A stretch of DNA of 64,000 nucleotides from assembly GCA_046075565.1 (NCBI GenBank), contig JBJTQJ010000108.1, forward strand, positions 77,305-141,304, given 5' to 3'. Under the pieces are notes generated by a model, which did no database searches, had not been told where the DNA came from, and saw nothing but the letters and a program-made list of their open reading frames with translations. Shown piece by piece: positions 19,135-29,879 of this stretch; the first letter of the stretch is position 1, and each line of letters begins with the position of its first letter. The translations under genes were made by a program, and so were the position numbers. This stretch comes from Verrucomicrobiales bacterium (GTDB taxonomy: Bacteria; Verrucomicrobiota; Verrucomicrobiia; Verrucomicrobiales; SLCJ01).

Positions 19135-20967
19135 ATGCGAACCAAACTTCTCACCATCGCGGCCACCTTCCTCATGGTCGGGGCTTCCCCCGGCCAAGTG
19201 ACGCGTGCGTATCCGGTGGTGGCGTTGCAGGGAGCGGCGACACCGAGCATTTCCCCCACGGCAACTTACGGAGGTCTTGGTGGCGAACCCCGCATTGGTC
19301 AGGGAGGGCATGTGGTTTTCGGTGGGTTCGTCGGGAACAACGGCTCTAACGACTATGCCATCTGGACCGGGCAGCCCGGTGCCATTGCGAAGTTGGCCGT
19401 GAGGAATGACCCGGCACCCGGCCGAATTGGCGGCTTACTGGATGTATTCTATAAAAACACCTCTGCTCCATACTGGGTCTGCCCGGATGGGACGGTTGCG
19501 TTCGAATCGCGGGTTTCGACAGTCAATGATGACGGCATTTGGATGGGCACGCCGGGAAATCTTCAGGAAGTGGCGATCGTCAATAATCCGGTGCCAGGAA
19601 TAGCCGGCGCAACATTCAAAGGCTTCCCGGGAATTGTTTTCCAGGCAAACGGCCAGGGTCATCTCGCCCTGCGCGCCTACATGCAAGGCACAGGAATCAC
19701 GACCAACAATGATAGCGGTGTCTGGATCGGCAAAGTAGGTGATATGGCACTCATCGCTCGCGAAGGAACTCAGGCGGCCAACCTCGGGCCGACTGTTGTG
19801 TTCAATGACCTCAACAACATCTCTTTCTCCCTCAATGCCCATGGACAGCTCTGTTTGATTGCCGGGGTATCGACCCGCAGTCTCACCCAAAACACATCCC
19901 TGTTTCTTGGGGACAGAAACGGCTTGACCAGAATCCTGGAGCAAGGGAATCCTATCGTCGGCTTTTCCCCTCTCTCTTGGAATACTTTCGGAAAGCCGCG
20001 CCTTAACAATCACGGCACCGTGCTTTTAGAGACAACCCCAACAACAGGCGGACAGAGGTCCTTCTTCACGCGCAAAAGCAACGGAACCGTAACCCGGCTC
20101 GCCGAGGAGACTGCCGAACCGCCCGGCTCGGCCGGCCAAAGCTGGGCAGGTTTCTTTTTCTCCAATCCGGCCTTGGGCGGGAACGATTTTGCTGTCTTGG
20201 GAACCGGCTTGAATCCGGGATGGACGAATTCCGCCAAAGATGGGATATGGATCGCCTCCGGGAATGTGACCCGCTTGGTTTCGCGCAAAGGGGATGTCGC
20301 TCAAGGGCTGGCAGGACAAACATTCAACGACTATGCTCCGGGACTTCAAGGCCCCGCTGTTAACTCATCTGGCACCGTGGTTTTCCAGGCCACGACGAAC
20401 ACCGGTGTCAATGGCATCTGGTTCTGGCGCAATGAAGACCTACGTTTGCTGTTGGCTCCGGGGGATTTTATTAAAATCAGTCCCGGAGACACGCGGGAAG
20501 TGACTTCCTTTTCTGTCAAACTCGGCAGTGGCGGTCAAAGTGGGGTTCCCTCGGGTTTGAATGATCGTGGCCAACTCGTAGTGAAAGTCGGCTTCAAATT
20601 CGGCACCACCGCCATCATCTTGATCAACAATATCTTGGATCAGGATGGCGATGGACTCGACTCCTTGCTTGAAGAGGCCTTCGGAGGGAGTCCTAACAAC
20701 CCCTCCGATGCAGTATCCCAGCAAAGCCGGCTACAGCGGACAGGAACGACCCTGAAGTTGCTATTCCCCCGCCGCACGGATGGAAGTTTCCAATATGTCG
20801 TGGAAACCTCGGAGGTCTTGGGTGGATGGTCTGACCTCACGGCGACGCCCGTTCTTTCTGCCGACCAATCCGGTCTGCTTCCGGGAACCGAACGGGTGGA
20901 GGTTCCGATTCCTTCCGGAGAGGATCGATTGTTCACTCGCGTTCGGGCGATGAAGGTTTCGCCGTGA
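19135..20967 (+). CDS. Secreted NxxGxxAF-type tandem-repeat (beta-propeller-like) protein with DxDGDG motif and C-terminal domain
   Basis: Signal peptide; repeats NGQGHLAL, NAHGQLCL, NNHGTVLL, NSSGTVVF, NDRGQLVV each with G(I/V)W..IAREG..AP-like segments; DQDGDGLDSLLEEAFG. Confidence 0.85.
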   Translation: MRTKLLTIAATFLMVGASPGQVTRAYPVVALQGAATPSISPTATYGGLGGEPRIGQGGHVVFGGFVGNNGSNDYAIWTGQPGAIAKLAVRNDPAPGRIGGLLDVFYKNTSAPYWVCPDGTVAFESRVSTVNDDGIWMGTPGNLQEVAIVNNPVPGIAGATFKGFPGIVFQANGQGHLALRAYMQGTGITTNNDSGVWIGKVGDMALIAREGTQAANLGPTVVFNDLNNISFSLNAHGQLCLIAGVSTRSLTQNTSLFLGDRNGLTRILEQGNPIVGFSPLSWNTFGKPRLNNHGTVLLETTPTTGGQRSFFTRKSNGTVTRLAEETAEPPGSAGQSWAGFFFSNPALGGNDFAVLGTGLNPGWTNSAKDGIWIASGNVTRLVSRKGDVAQGLAGQTFNDYAPGLQGPAVNSSGTVVFQATTNTGVNGIWFWRNEDLRLLLAPGDFIKISPGDTREVTSFSVKLGSGGQSGVPSGLNDRGQLVVKVGFKFGTTAIILINNILDQDGDGLDSLLEEAFGGSPNNPSDAVSQQSRLQRTGTTLKLLFPRRTDGSFQYVVETSEVLGGWSDLTATPVLSADQSGLLPGTERVEVPIPSGEDRLFTRVRAMKVSP

Positions 20968-20998
20968 AGGAATGGTGTGAGAGCCACACCCCGGAAGT

Positions 20999-21070
20999 GT
21001 AGCAAGACCGTCCCGGTCTTGCCGGTTCCTGTCCGAGGCTTGCCGGGCAAGAGCGAGACGCTCTTGCTAC
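20999..21070. repeat. REPIN-like doublet (GTAG-REP...REP-CTAC) between convergent genes
   Basis: GTAGCAAGACCGTCCCGGTCTTGCC - 21 nt - GGGCAAGAGCGAGACGCTCTTGCTAC. Confidence 0.85.
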
Positions 21071-21112
21071 GTCGAACATGGGACGTCGAGGTGGAAATCC
21101 ACAGCGGGCCCC

Positions 21113-21868
21113 TCACCCCGCGAACGCCGCATAAAGGGCGCGCAACTCGTCCTCGAGTTGGTGGGGCTCGCTGAGAGTTCCTGCAATTTCCGCCCTCAGG
21201 TATTCCCGGTATTGTTTCCGCAACCGGTGCACGGCGACGCGGACCGCGCCCTCGCTCATTCCCAACTCCGACGCCACCGATGGGTAGTCCATCTCTTGCC
21301 TGGCCACGGTGAGAAAGGGTTTTAAGGCGGCGAAAGCAGGATTGCCGGAATTCGTTCCTTCCAACTTTTCGAGCACCCGTTCCAACAAGGTAATTGCCCA
21401 GACCCGATCATAAAGTTTATCGGGGCTCAAATGATGTGCGGGCTCGGCGCCATACCTTCGCTCGGCGGTGTCGTCGGCCAAAGGCAGGATCGTGACACCG
21501 CCGCCGCGCTTTAGCTGTTGTGATTTATCCTATTCGTTGGCCAGGAAATTCTTCAAAGCCGCGAGCAAGAAGGAACGGAAACGACCGTGTTCCGGACTCA
21601 ATCCATCGAGATTCTTCTTCGCGAATAGCCGCGCCAGAAAGGCCTGCGTCAAATCTTCCGCGTCCTCCTTGGAATACCCGCGCCTGCGAACATACACATA
21701 GAGTGGATACCAGTAGGTCCGGCACAATTCTTCCATCGCCATCTGCGAACCCGCGTCGCTCCCCTCCCCCGCCGCGAAAACCACCGTCCAGCGGGTGGTC
21801 CTGAAGACTCCGGGATTCGGAGCCGTATCCGGAACCATGCCCTCAGGTTGCGTTTCAGCTTCGCTCAT
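21113..21868 (-). pseudogene. ECF sigma factor with in-frame amber stop
   Basis: FRTTRWTVV, YWYPLYVYVRR, AEDLTQAF, GRFRSFL, FLANE*DKSQQLKRGGG, region 4 LGMSEGAVRVAVHRLR. TAG at 21530-21532; both halves are in the same frame. Confidence 0.85.
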
Positions 21869-21879
21869 GATGCGGCACG

Positions 21880-24827
21880 TCAACGGTTGTTTCCGGAAGC
21901 CCGGCCCTTGATGGCGTTGATGGCATTGGTGGCGGCAACTTTGGAGAAGAAATTCTTGTCCTTCTCCGCCACGACGCCGAGTGCGCGCAGACTCGCGGGA
22001 GTGCCAATCTTGGCGAGAATATCAGCCGCCCGCTGGCGTGTGCCCGGATTATCGCTTGCCAGATAGGGAATGATGGCCGGTTCCGTCGCCGAACCGATCT
22101 GGATCAATTTGTCTCCCGCCCAATACGTCTTGTGCGCGTCCGACAAGAGCATGGCCAGCGGTTTGGCCGCCCGGACATCTTTAAATTGCACCAACAGGTC
22201 CGTGGCGAAGGCCCGTGTCGGCTCGTCTGTCGATCCCATCAAGCCGAGCAGAAAATCGGCATCGGCTTTGGTCGCGAGCACTTTCATCGTTTCTCTGGTG
22301 GCATCGCGCACTCTATCCTCCGGATTCGTCAAGAGTGGACGCACCGCCCGTGCGACTTCGACGCGTTTTTCAGGTGTCAACTTCGCGGTCGAGAGATAGG
22401 ACAAGGCGGAACGCCGGACGTGGAGATTCTCAACTCCCAGTGCTTTGATTGACTCGCCGAGGATTTCCTCGTCCGTCGCCTTGTAACCACGGAGCAACTC
22501 GCGGGCGGCCTCGCGGGCATGCTCGTTCTCGTGATGGTAAAGGGGAAGCACCGCCGGTTTGGCAATCTCTCCCAAGGCAGCAAGCGCCGCTTTGGCATCA
22601 CGCGAGATGCGGAATTCGGACAAGCACGCGGCCAGCGGCTCCGCCGCGCGGGCATCTCCCATTCGCGAAAGCATCTGCATACATTGCTTGCCACGGGAAG
22701 AGCCCGGGGCGACGCGCATGATTTCAATCAGATCCAGCGCGTATTCTTTGTCCGCCCAGTTCGCGAAGGCTTGGAAGGCCGAGTCACCGCTTTCCATGTC
22801 GTTGAGCAAAGGTTTGAGAACTCCGATAACGGCGGCCCGGTGCTCCGGCGTGGCCTTGGCCTCCGTAAGGAAACGAAGCAAGGGTCGTTGGTCGCGTGGA
22901 GCCGTCACGGGCAGCTGCTTGATGGCGATATCCAAGGTGATCAGCGGAGGCGGCACCACTTTGGGGCCGGAGTTAGGTTGCGGGTTCGCCTTGGAGCTTT
23001 CCGCCAACTGCCGGGCGGGCCGCGTCGGGGTGCCACCAGGCGGATTGGAGGTCCTGCTCTCCAACTTGAACTGCTGCTCGGAAAGAAACCGCACATTCAA
23101 ATCCGCATCGAGGATATTCCGCCCCAGCACTTTGTCATTGTGATCACGATGGGGAATGCGATCCCAAACCAGCAGTCTGCCACTGGAGGGAACGACAGAT
23201 GGCGCGTAGATGTAACCCATGGGACCTTGATCGAACGGGCATCGCAAATGGGATTCCTCGAGCAGGCCCTCGGCGACCAGTGTCTCCAGCCTGGGCGGAT
23301 TCTTCCCGTTGTTTTTGTTCCGGTATTCCGCGATACCGCTGCTGATCTTGCCGAGGCTTGAAGCGCATTCCATGGTGCCGGTGGCGAACTTCGCGGCGGT
23401 CATCGAAGTATTGAAAAACCAGAGATGGAGCGGTATCGCGAGAAGCGAGATTCCGCCCGCGACCATACCGGCGATTGCCGAACCCTTGCTGGTAGTTGCT
23501 TTGGCCAGGGCAATGAGACCGAGCAGCAGCCCGACGCCGCCGGTAGCCAAACCGAGCACGGACACCAACCCGATCAGGCCCAGAATCAATGACCAGATCG
23601 CGATGGTGCGCGCCCGCGTTGGTATGGTGGAATCGGAGGCCGAAGCCTGACGGGCCGCAAACGGATTCACCGATTGATATACGGGTTGCGATGGGGCTGC
23701 CTCTGGCACCGGCACGATGAGCGGATGCGAACACTTCGGGCAAGTCGCTTCGGTGCCCGCTTCGCTTTCGTCGACGGAGAGTTTCTGCTCGCAGTTCGGG
23801 CAAGTGAATTTGATTTCCATCTTCTTGGCTCCTTCTTCTGATTGAACAGATGCTCCCGCGGCGATCGTCTCCACCGCTTCCTTGAAATCTTGGATCCGTT
23901 GGAATCGACGTGCCGGGTTTTTCTCAAGCGCGCGCAGCACCACATCGTCCAAGCGAATGTCCACCGAAACCTTGTGGGATGGGGGCACGACGATACGATC
24001 CGGCAGTTCGCCCGTGAGCATCTGGAAAAGACTACCCCGAGCGAGTAGATATCTGCACGTTGATCGGCATCAACGGGCTCGAGGATCTGCTCGGGTGCCA
24101 TGTAATGTGGAGTGCCGATCAGGTGTCCAGCTTCCGTGATGCCGAACGCCGCATCGCTCGAACTGGCGAAATCCATCTCGTCCGAGCCGATCAGTTTGGC
24201 CAATCCGAAATCGGCGACCTTGATCCTGCCATGTCGGTCGATCAGGATGTTTTCCGGTTTGATATCGCGATGCACGATTCCCATTTCGTGGGCATACTGG
24301 AGCGCATCGCAGGTCATCAGCACGATGGCCATGGCTTCGTCAGCGGAGACAACTCTCTCTTCGAGCAATTGCCTGAGATTCGGACCATCAATGAACTCCA
24401 TGAGCAGGAAATACAAGTCCGCAGCTCGCCCGGTATCGTGAATGATCACGATGCCCGAATGGTTGAGTTTGGCCAAGGCCTTGGCCTCGCGGGAGAATCG
24501 CTCCGCGAAGCCCGGCACTTCCCCGATGTCAGGCGGAAGGATTTTCAGTGCGACGAGACGGTCAAGTTCCCGTTGGCGCGCCTGGTAAACGGCACCCATT
24601 CCCCCGGCTCCGATGAGCCCGAGGATCTCCAGTTGCGGGAAAACGGCTGCTAGTTCTTCCGGTTGAGGGGGAGTGAAGGACTTCGGAGCGGTCGTATTCC
24701 CAGCCGCGCCCTGAAGAAGCAAACAGGCGGGGCACAAACCCGCGAGAGCTCCAGCGGAGGTCGCTTGGCCACATTGCGGGCATTTTCGACTCTCGGGTTG
24801 GGTCATTGCGCCAGCGGGGGGATCCAT
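21880..24827 (-). pseudogene. Ser/Thr protein kinase with Zn-ribbon/TM/HEAT C-terminus, frameshifted near 24025
   Basis: GAGGMG, VALK, HRDIKPEN, DFG, GTPHYMAPEQ, DIYSLGVVF, then a frame change into MLTGELP...LRALEKNPARRF. Confidence 0.85.
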
Positions 24828-24911
24828 CACATCCCCTAAAAAAGCGGATTTTTCCATTCGTTACAAGAAAGGATAGCTGCTCCCTAGATGTCATTGCCGC
24901 AAGGGGACGAC

Positions 24912-25238
24912 TCACCCGCCTTGCACGGATTGGGCGACCCAGTCAAGGTAGGCGGGTAGACCACCATCGGCGGGGAAGACCAGCAATTCCGGGCATTCGT
25001 AGGGGTGGAGGGCACGGAGGGCATCGGTCAGACCGGGCAGGGCCGCGCGGGTCGTCTTGATTAGGGCAATGGTTTCAGGTTCGCGGCAAACCTTTGCTTC
25101 CCAGCGGTAGATGGATTCCGCTCCGGGCAGAAGCTGGATGCAAGCAGCGTATTGCCTTTCCACCAGATCCGTGCCAATTTGTCGCGCTACCTCCGGACTC
25201 GGGAAGGAGGAAATGGCCATTATCACCTCGTCATTCAT
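24912..25238 (-). CDS. cutA: Divalent-cation tolerance protein CutA
   Basis: LVERQYAACIQ, ESIYRWE, IKT, HPYECPE, YLDWV. Confidence 0.92.
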   Translation of the reverse strand: MNDEVIMAISSFPSPEVARQIGTDLVERQYAACIQLLPGAESIYRWEAKVCREPETIALIKTTRAALPGLTDALRALHPYECPELLVFPADGGLPAYLDWVAQSVQGG

Positions 25239-25251
25239 GGACCAACCATAG

Positions 25252-26493
25252 ATGAAATCGGGCTTCATTGACAAGCTACTTGAGCGGATCAACCGGGTTT
25301 CCCCGGAGGAAATGCAGGCGCATTTGGCGCGCCTGCTGGAGGAGCGCGGCTTGCTGGAGAATGTTTTCCAAGCCTTGCAGGAGGGGGTCCTGCTGCTGGA
25401 TCCGGGAGGCACAATCACCTATCTGAACGCCGCGGCGGCGGGACTTTTCGGCATGGACGAGCAGGAAGCTCCGGGCCAGCCGCTGGGAAAATATATCAAA
25501 GGATTGGACTGGAAATCGCTGGTCGCCTCCGGTGGGGCGGTGAATCGGGATCTGGAGGTTAGTTACCCGGAAAACCGGTATCTGAATTTCTATCTCGCGC
25601 CTTTCGCACCAATAGAGGAGGATCCGCCGGCCCGGGGGTATGTGATGCTGGTGCGGGACATCACCCGCACGCGGCGCATGACGGAGGAGAAGATCGAAAG
25701 CGAACGTCTGTCTGTGCTCACGATGCTGGCGGCGGGGGTGGCGCACGAGTTGGGAAATCCCCTCAACTCCCTGACCATCCATTTGCAGTTGCTGGATCGA
25801 AAATTGAAGGCGCGGGACGCCCGCTTGCACCAGGAGCTTTCCCCATTCCTGGAAACCGCCCGCGGCGAACTGGAGCGGCTGGATTTTATCATCGAGGAAT
25901 TTTTGCAAGCGGTGCGCCCTTCGCGACCGCGTGTCGAGGCGGCGGACCTCAATGCGCTTTTGCGCGAGGCCGTGCAATTTCTCGCGCTTGAACTGAAGGA
26001 GAAAAACCACGAGATCGCCCTCGAACTCCACTCCCACCTTCCCCCCATGGTGGTGGATCCGGGCCAGATGAAACAAGCCATCTATAATGTTCTTCGCAAC
26101 GCCTCGCAAGCGATGGAGTCAGGAGGCAAGATCACGGTGCGCAGCGATTACGACAATCATGGCGTGATCATCACCGTGGCGGACAATGGTCCGGGAATCG
26201 GCAGCGAGGACATGGCGCGCCTTTTTACTCCCTATTTTACGACCAAGTCGCGCGGTCACGGACTGGGCTTGCTCATCGTGCGGCGCATCCTGCGCGAACA
26301 CGGCGGCGACATCCGTATCGAAAGCCGCGAGGGACACGGCACGAGTGTTTGCCTGCATCTACCATTCGCCACTCCACGCGTGCATCTGCTTTCCGCTCCC
26401 GAAGGAGAGCCAAGCCCTCCTGCGAAACCTGCACGCGCGAAACGCAAGCCGCGGCGTCCGTCTCCCGGCGCAGTGATCGACCTCGAACCCTGA
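25252..26493 (+). CDS. PAS-domain sensor histidine kinase (NtrB/AtoS-like)
   Basis: AGVAHELGNPL H-box, NVLRNA, DNGPGI, PYFTTK, GHGLGL. Confidence 0.92.
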   Translation: MKSGFIDKLLERINRVSPEEMQAHLARLLEERGLLENVFQALQEGVLLLDPGGTITYLNAAAAGLFGMDEQEAPGQPLGKYIKGLDWKSLVASGGAVNRDLEVSYPENRYLNFYLAPFAPIEEDPPARGYVMLVRDITRTRRMTEEKIESERLSVLTMLAAGVAHELGNPLNSLTIHLQLLDRKLKARDARLHQELSPFLETARGELERLDFIIEEFLQAVRPSRPRVEAADLNALLREAVQFLALELKEKNHEIALELHSHLPPMVVDPGQMKQAIYNVLRNASQAMESGGKITVRSDYDNHGVIITVADNGPGIGSEDMARLFTPYFTTKSRGHGLGLLIVRRILREHGGDIRIESREGHGTSVCLHLPFATPRVHLLSAPEGEPSPPAKPARAKRKPRRPSPGAVIDLEP

Positions 26494-26506
26494 TATTCCC
26501 TTTCCC

Positions 26507-27889
26507 ATGCCCGCCTCCATTCTGATCGTTGATGACGAAAAAAACACCCGCGACGGACTGCGTCTATCGCTGGAAGACACGTTCGATGTCTATATCGCCG
26601 GAGACGCCGCGGAGGCGCTGGCGGTTCTGAAATCGGAGCCCATTGATGTGATGCTGACGGATCTGCGACTCGGCATGGATGACGGCATGAAGTTGCTCGA
26701 ATCGGCGGCGAAACTGTCCAAGCCGCCCGTCTCCGTGATGATGACCGCCTATGGTTCGGTGGACACGGCGGTCGAGGCGATGAAACGCGGGGCCTATGAC
26801 TTCATCACCAAGCCGCTGAATCTTGATGAACTCGAACTCCTGCTCAAGCGCGCGCTCAAGGAACGGCGGCTGGAGGCAGAGAACACGAGGTTGCACGCGC
26901 AGGCGCGGGAGCGCGAGGGGTTCCGCAAGTTGTTGGGCCGATCCCCCGCCATCAAATCAGTGCTGGAGATCATCGAGCAGGTCGCTCCCACGAAGGCGAC
27001 GGTCCTCGTCGAAGGAGAAAGCGGGACCGGCAAAGAACTGGCGGCCCAGGCGCTACATCATTTGAGCGGACGTCCGGCCAACAAACTGGTCGTCGTGCAC
27101 TGCGCCGCCCTCTCACCGCAAATCCTCGAGAGCGAGTTGTTCGGCCATGAAAAGGGAGCATTCACTGGCGCGAGCGAGCGCCGCATCGGGCGATTCGAGC
27201 AGGCGCACGGAGGCACACTTTTCCTTGATGAAATCGGGGAAATTGACCCCACCGTTCAGGTAAAACTCCTGCGCGCGCTCGGCGAAAGGGTCATTGAACG
27301 GGTGGGCGGCAATACCAGCATCCCAATCGACGTGCGTCTGGTCGTCGCTACGAACCGCAACCTAGCCTCCATGGTGGCGGAGGGCAAATTCCGCGAGGAC
27401 CTCTACTACCGGCTTAAGGTTGTCGGACTAAAAATGCCGCCGCTGCGGGACCGCCCGGACGACATTTTGCTCCTGGCGCAGGCTTTTCTCACCGAATTCG
27501 CCCGGGAAAACGGGAAACCGGAGCGTGCTCTTTCCTCGGAGGCCCGGGACGCTCTGCTGCACTACCCTTGGCCGGGGAACGTCCGGGAGCTGCGCACGGC
27601 CATGGAACACGGGGTCGTGCTGGCGCGGGAGGAGGAAATCACGCCCGCCGACTTGCCACCTGGTCCGGGGGGGAGGAATCTCACTCCGATGGTGGTTTTG
27701 GGACCAGATTCGCCCAATGTTTCGGATTCAGGACTTGCGGAACCGCGTGATTTCAATTTGCATAAGGCGGAAGATCGGCTTATCCGAGCAGCATTGGCAA
27801 AGACCGGCCAAAACCGGACCGAAGCCGCCCGGTTGCTCGGCATCAGCCGGCGAACCCTCCAACGCAAACTCAAAGAACCAACCGACTGA
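26507..27889 (+). CDS. Sigma54-dependent response regulator (NtrC/AtoC family)
   Basis: Receiver domain (IVDDE, TDLR), [28 protein letters not shown], Fis-type HTH. Confidence 0.95.
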   Translation: MPASILIVDDEKNTRDGLRLSLEDTFDVYIAGDAAEALAVLKSEPIDVMLTDLRLGMDDGMKLLESAAKLSKPPVSVMMTAYGSVDTAVEAMKRGAYDFITKPLNLDELELLLKRALKERRLEAENTRLHAQAREREGFRKLLGRSPAIKSVLEIIEQVAPTKATVLVEGESGTGKELAAQALHHLSGRPANKLVVVHCAALSPQILESELFGHEKGAFTGASERRIGRFEQAHGGTLFLDEIGEIDPTVQVKLLRALGERVIERVGGNTSIPIDVRLVVATNRNLASMVAEGKFREDLYYRLKVVGLKMPPLRDRPDDILLLAQAFLTEFARENGKPERALSSEARDALLHYPWPGNVRELRTAMEHGVVLAREEEITPADLPPGPGGRNLTPMVVLGPDSPNVSDSGLAEPRDFNLHKAEDRLIRAALAKTGQNRTEAARLLGISRRTLQRKLKEPTD

Positions 27890-27919
27890 CTTTATCCCAG
27901 ATTCCCCAGCCCCCGACCC

Positions 27920-29800
27920 ATGTCCACCGAAACAAAATCCGGCAGCGCGACCGCCATCCAACCGAAGGTGATCATCGGCTATGCGCTCTTCATCGTCTTC
28001 ATCTTCTCCCTCGCAGGCTACTACCTGTTCGTCGACTACCGGGGACTAACCAACAAACACGGCATCGACCAGGCGCAAATCGCGCGAGAGTTTTCCCGTG
28101 GAAACGGGCTTACCACGAAATTTCTCCGGCCATTCGCGCTCTATCAGGCGAGGCAAGTTGCCGATGAGGCGGGCAGTCTCGTCAATCTGGGAAAGATGGA
28201 GGGTGACAAATTCGTCGGGCAGTTCGAGGACACCTATCACGCGCCGCTCGGTCCGATGGTCAATGCCGCCACGATGGCCATTTTCGATTCGAAGCTGTCG
28301 CTCGAACCGGACTACCAAATCTATCCCGGCGACAGGGTGATTAGCGGGACTGCCATTGTCTTGCTGCTCTGTTCCATTCTCATTTTTTTCCTCCTCGCCT
28401 CGAGGATTTTCGACCGGAGAATTGGCATCGTGGTGGTCACACTGATGGTGCTGTGCGACATGTTGTGGAGGTTCACCCATACCGGACTTCCGACCATTCT
28501 GTTGCTATTCCTGTTCGGCTTCGCCCTCTTTTTCCTCTACAAGGCGGTGGAGAACCAGGAGATGGGCCAAGGGCCCTTGGGCTGGGCGGCTCTGGCGGCG
28601 GCCTTCTTCGGCTTGATGGCGCTTTCGCACTGGATTGCTGTCTGGATCTTTTTCGGAGTGCTGGTGTTCGGAGCCTTGGCTTTCCGGCCCCGCGGCATGG
28701 CGGCGGGTCTCATGGCGCTGGTTTTTCTCGCCGTTATCGCGCCGGGACTCATCCGCAATTTCATCATCACCGGCACTATCCACGGTGATGCCTTCTATGC
28801 GCTCTACAACGGTCTCGGCGCCCTCGGGGAAAGCGGCACCATGCGGAACTTCAAACCCGACAAGGAAACCCTGGACCTCGAGGGCTTCGGCGGACGGATC
28901 GCCCTGACCTCGCTTGACCAGTTGAAGAACATCGTCGGCTACTTCGGCAGCATCTTGGCGGCACCCGTGTTTTTCATCAGCCTGCTCCATCCTTTCCGTC
29001 GCCCGGAGATTTCGGTCTTCCGCTGGGCGATTTTGGCCATGTGGATCTTCGCGGTCATTGGCATGGCGTTGTTCGGCCTGCCGGATGGTGAATTCGATTC
29101 GAACCAGATCCACATCCTGTTCGCGCCCATCATGTCGGCCTACGGGCTTGCCATGGTGGCCATTCTCTGGAACCGCATGGGGGTCGGCGCGCCGACCGAG
29201 ATGGTGAAAAATTCCCCCTTCACCGCCATCGTCGCCATCAGCTCCATCGGTATGTTCGTTACCATCCCGAGGGCGCTCAAAAGCGGGGGCGTCTTCCAGG
29301 AAATTCCGTATTACCCCTATTATCCCAAAGGCATCAAGAAACTCAACGAATGGACAAGCGAGCGCGAGGTCATCGTATCCGACATGCCTTGGGCCATCGC
29401 ATGGTATGGGGACCGCACTTCGGCATGGATGACCAAGGACCTCAGCCAATTCGATGCCATGACTGAGTTTTTCGACCAGAACCGGATGCCGGTCGCTGGC
29501 ATCTATTTCAGCCCGGTGTCCGTGGACCGCGAGCTTGGAAGCACCATTTTGCAGGGTGAAAACGCGGACTGGGCCTATTGGATTCTCCAGCCGGTAAGCC
29601 AGATAGTGCAGGCAAACAGTTCTACTGCCCGTCGGGAAAACAATTTCCGCTTCGGCGTTCTCAATTTCCTTGATCGTCAGATGTTTTTCTGGAGCAACTA
29701 CAACCGTGCCGAGCGCGGGCGCCCGCAGGAAACGGAGCGGAAACCGGAGGGCGGACAAGACCCCAAACAAGACTCGACTATCCTGCCCTCGGCCAACTGA
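27920..29800 (+). CDS. Multi-pass membrane protein, probable GT-C (ArnT/PMT-like) glycosyltransferase
   Basis: About 12 hydrophobic segments; first loop DQAQIAREF...G and HAPLGP; C-terminal VSDMPWAIAWY. Confidence 0.6.
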   Translation: MSTETKSGSATAIQPKVIIGYALFIVFIFSLAGYYLFVDYRGLTNKHGIDQAQIAREFSRGNGLTTKFLRPFALYQARQVADEAGSLVNLGKMEGDKFVGQFEDTYHAPLGPMVNAATMAIFDSKLSLEPDYQIYPGDRVISGTAIVLLLCSILIFFLLASRIFDRRIGIVVVTLMVLCDMLWRFTHTGLPTILLLFLFGFALFFLYKAVENQEMGQGPLGWAALAAAFFGLMALSHWIAVWIFFGVLVFGALAFRPRGMAAGLMALVFLAVIAPGLIRNFIITGTIHGDAFYALYNGLGALGESGTMRNFKPDKETLDLEGFGGRIALTSLDQLKNIVGYFGSILAAPVFFISLLHPFRRPEISVFRWAILAMWIFAVIGMALFGLPDGEFDSNQIHILFAPIMSAYGLAMVAILWNRMGVGAPTEMVKNSPFTAIVAISSIGMFVTIPRALKSGGVFQEIPYYPYYPKGIKKLNEWTSEREVIVSDMPWAIAWYGDRTSAWMTKDLSQFDAMTEFFDQNRMPVAGIYFSPVSVDRELGSTILQGENADWAYWILQPVSQIVQANSSTARRENNFRFGVLNFLDRQMFFWSNYNRAERGRPQETERKPEGGQDPKQDSTILPSAN

Positions 29801-29879
29801 GCGGGAGACTTTTCCCTTGCCCAACTGGACACGGTGGCGGAGGGTTGACGGATCCTCGCCCCCGTGGCAGAACGTGACC

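Noticed and set aside
21530-21532. TAG reassignment or pyrrolysine read-through
   Set aside because: TAG ends ygfA (17502) and dxs (32094) at their expected C-termini and no pyl genes are seen; a nonsense mutation is simpler.
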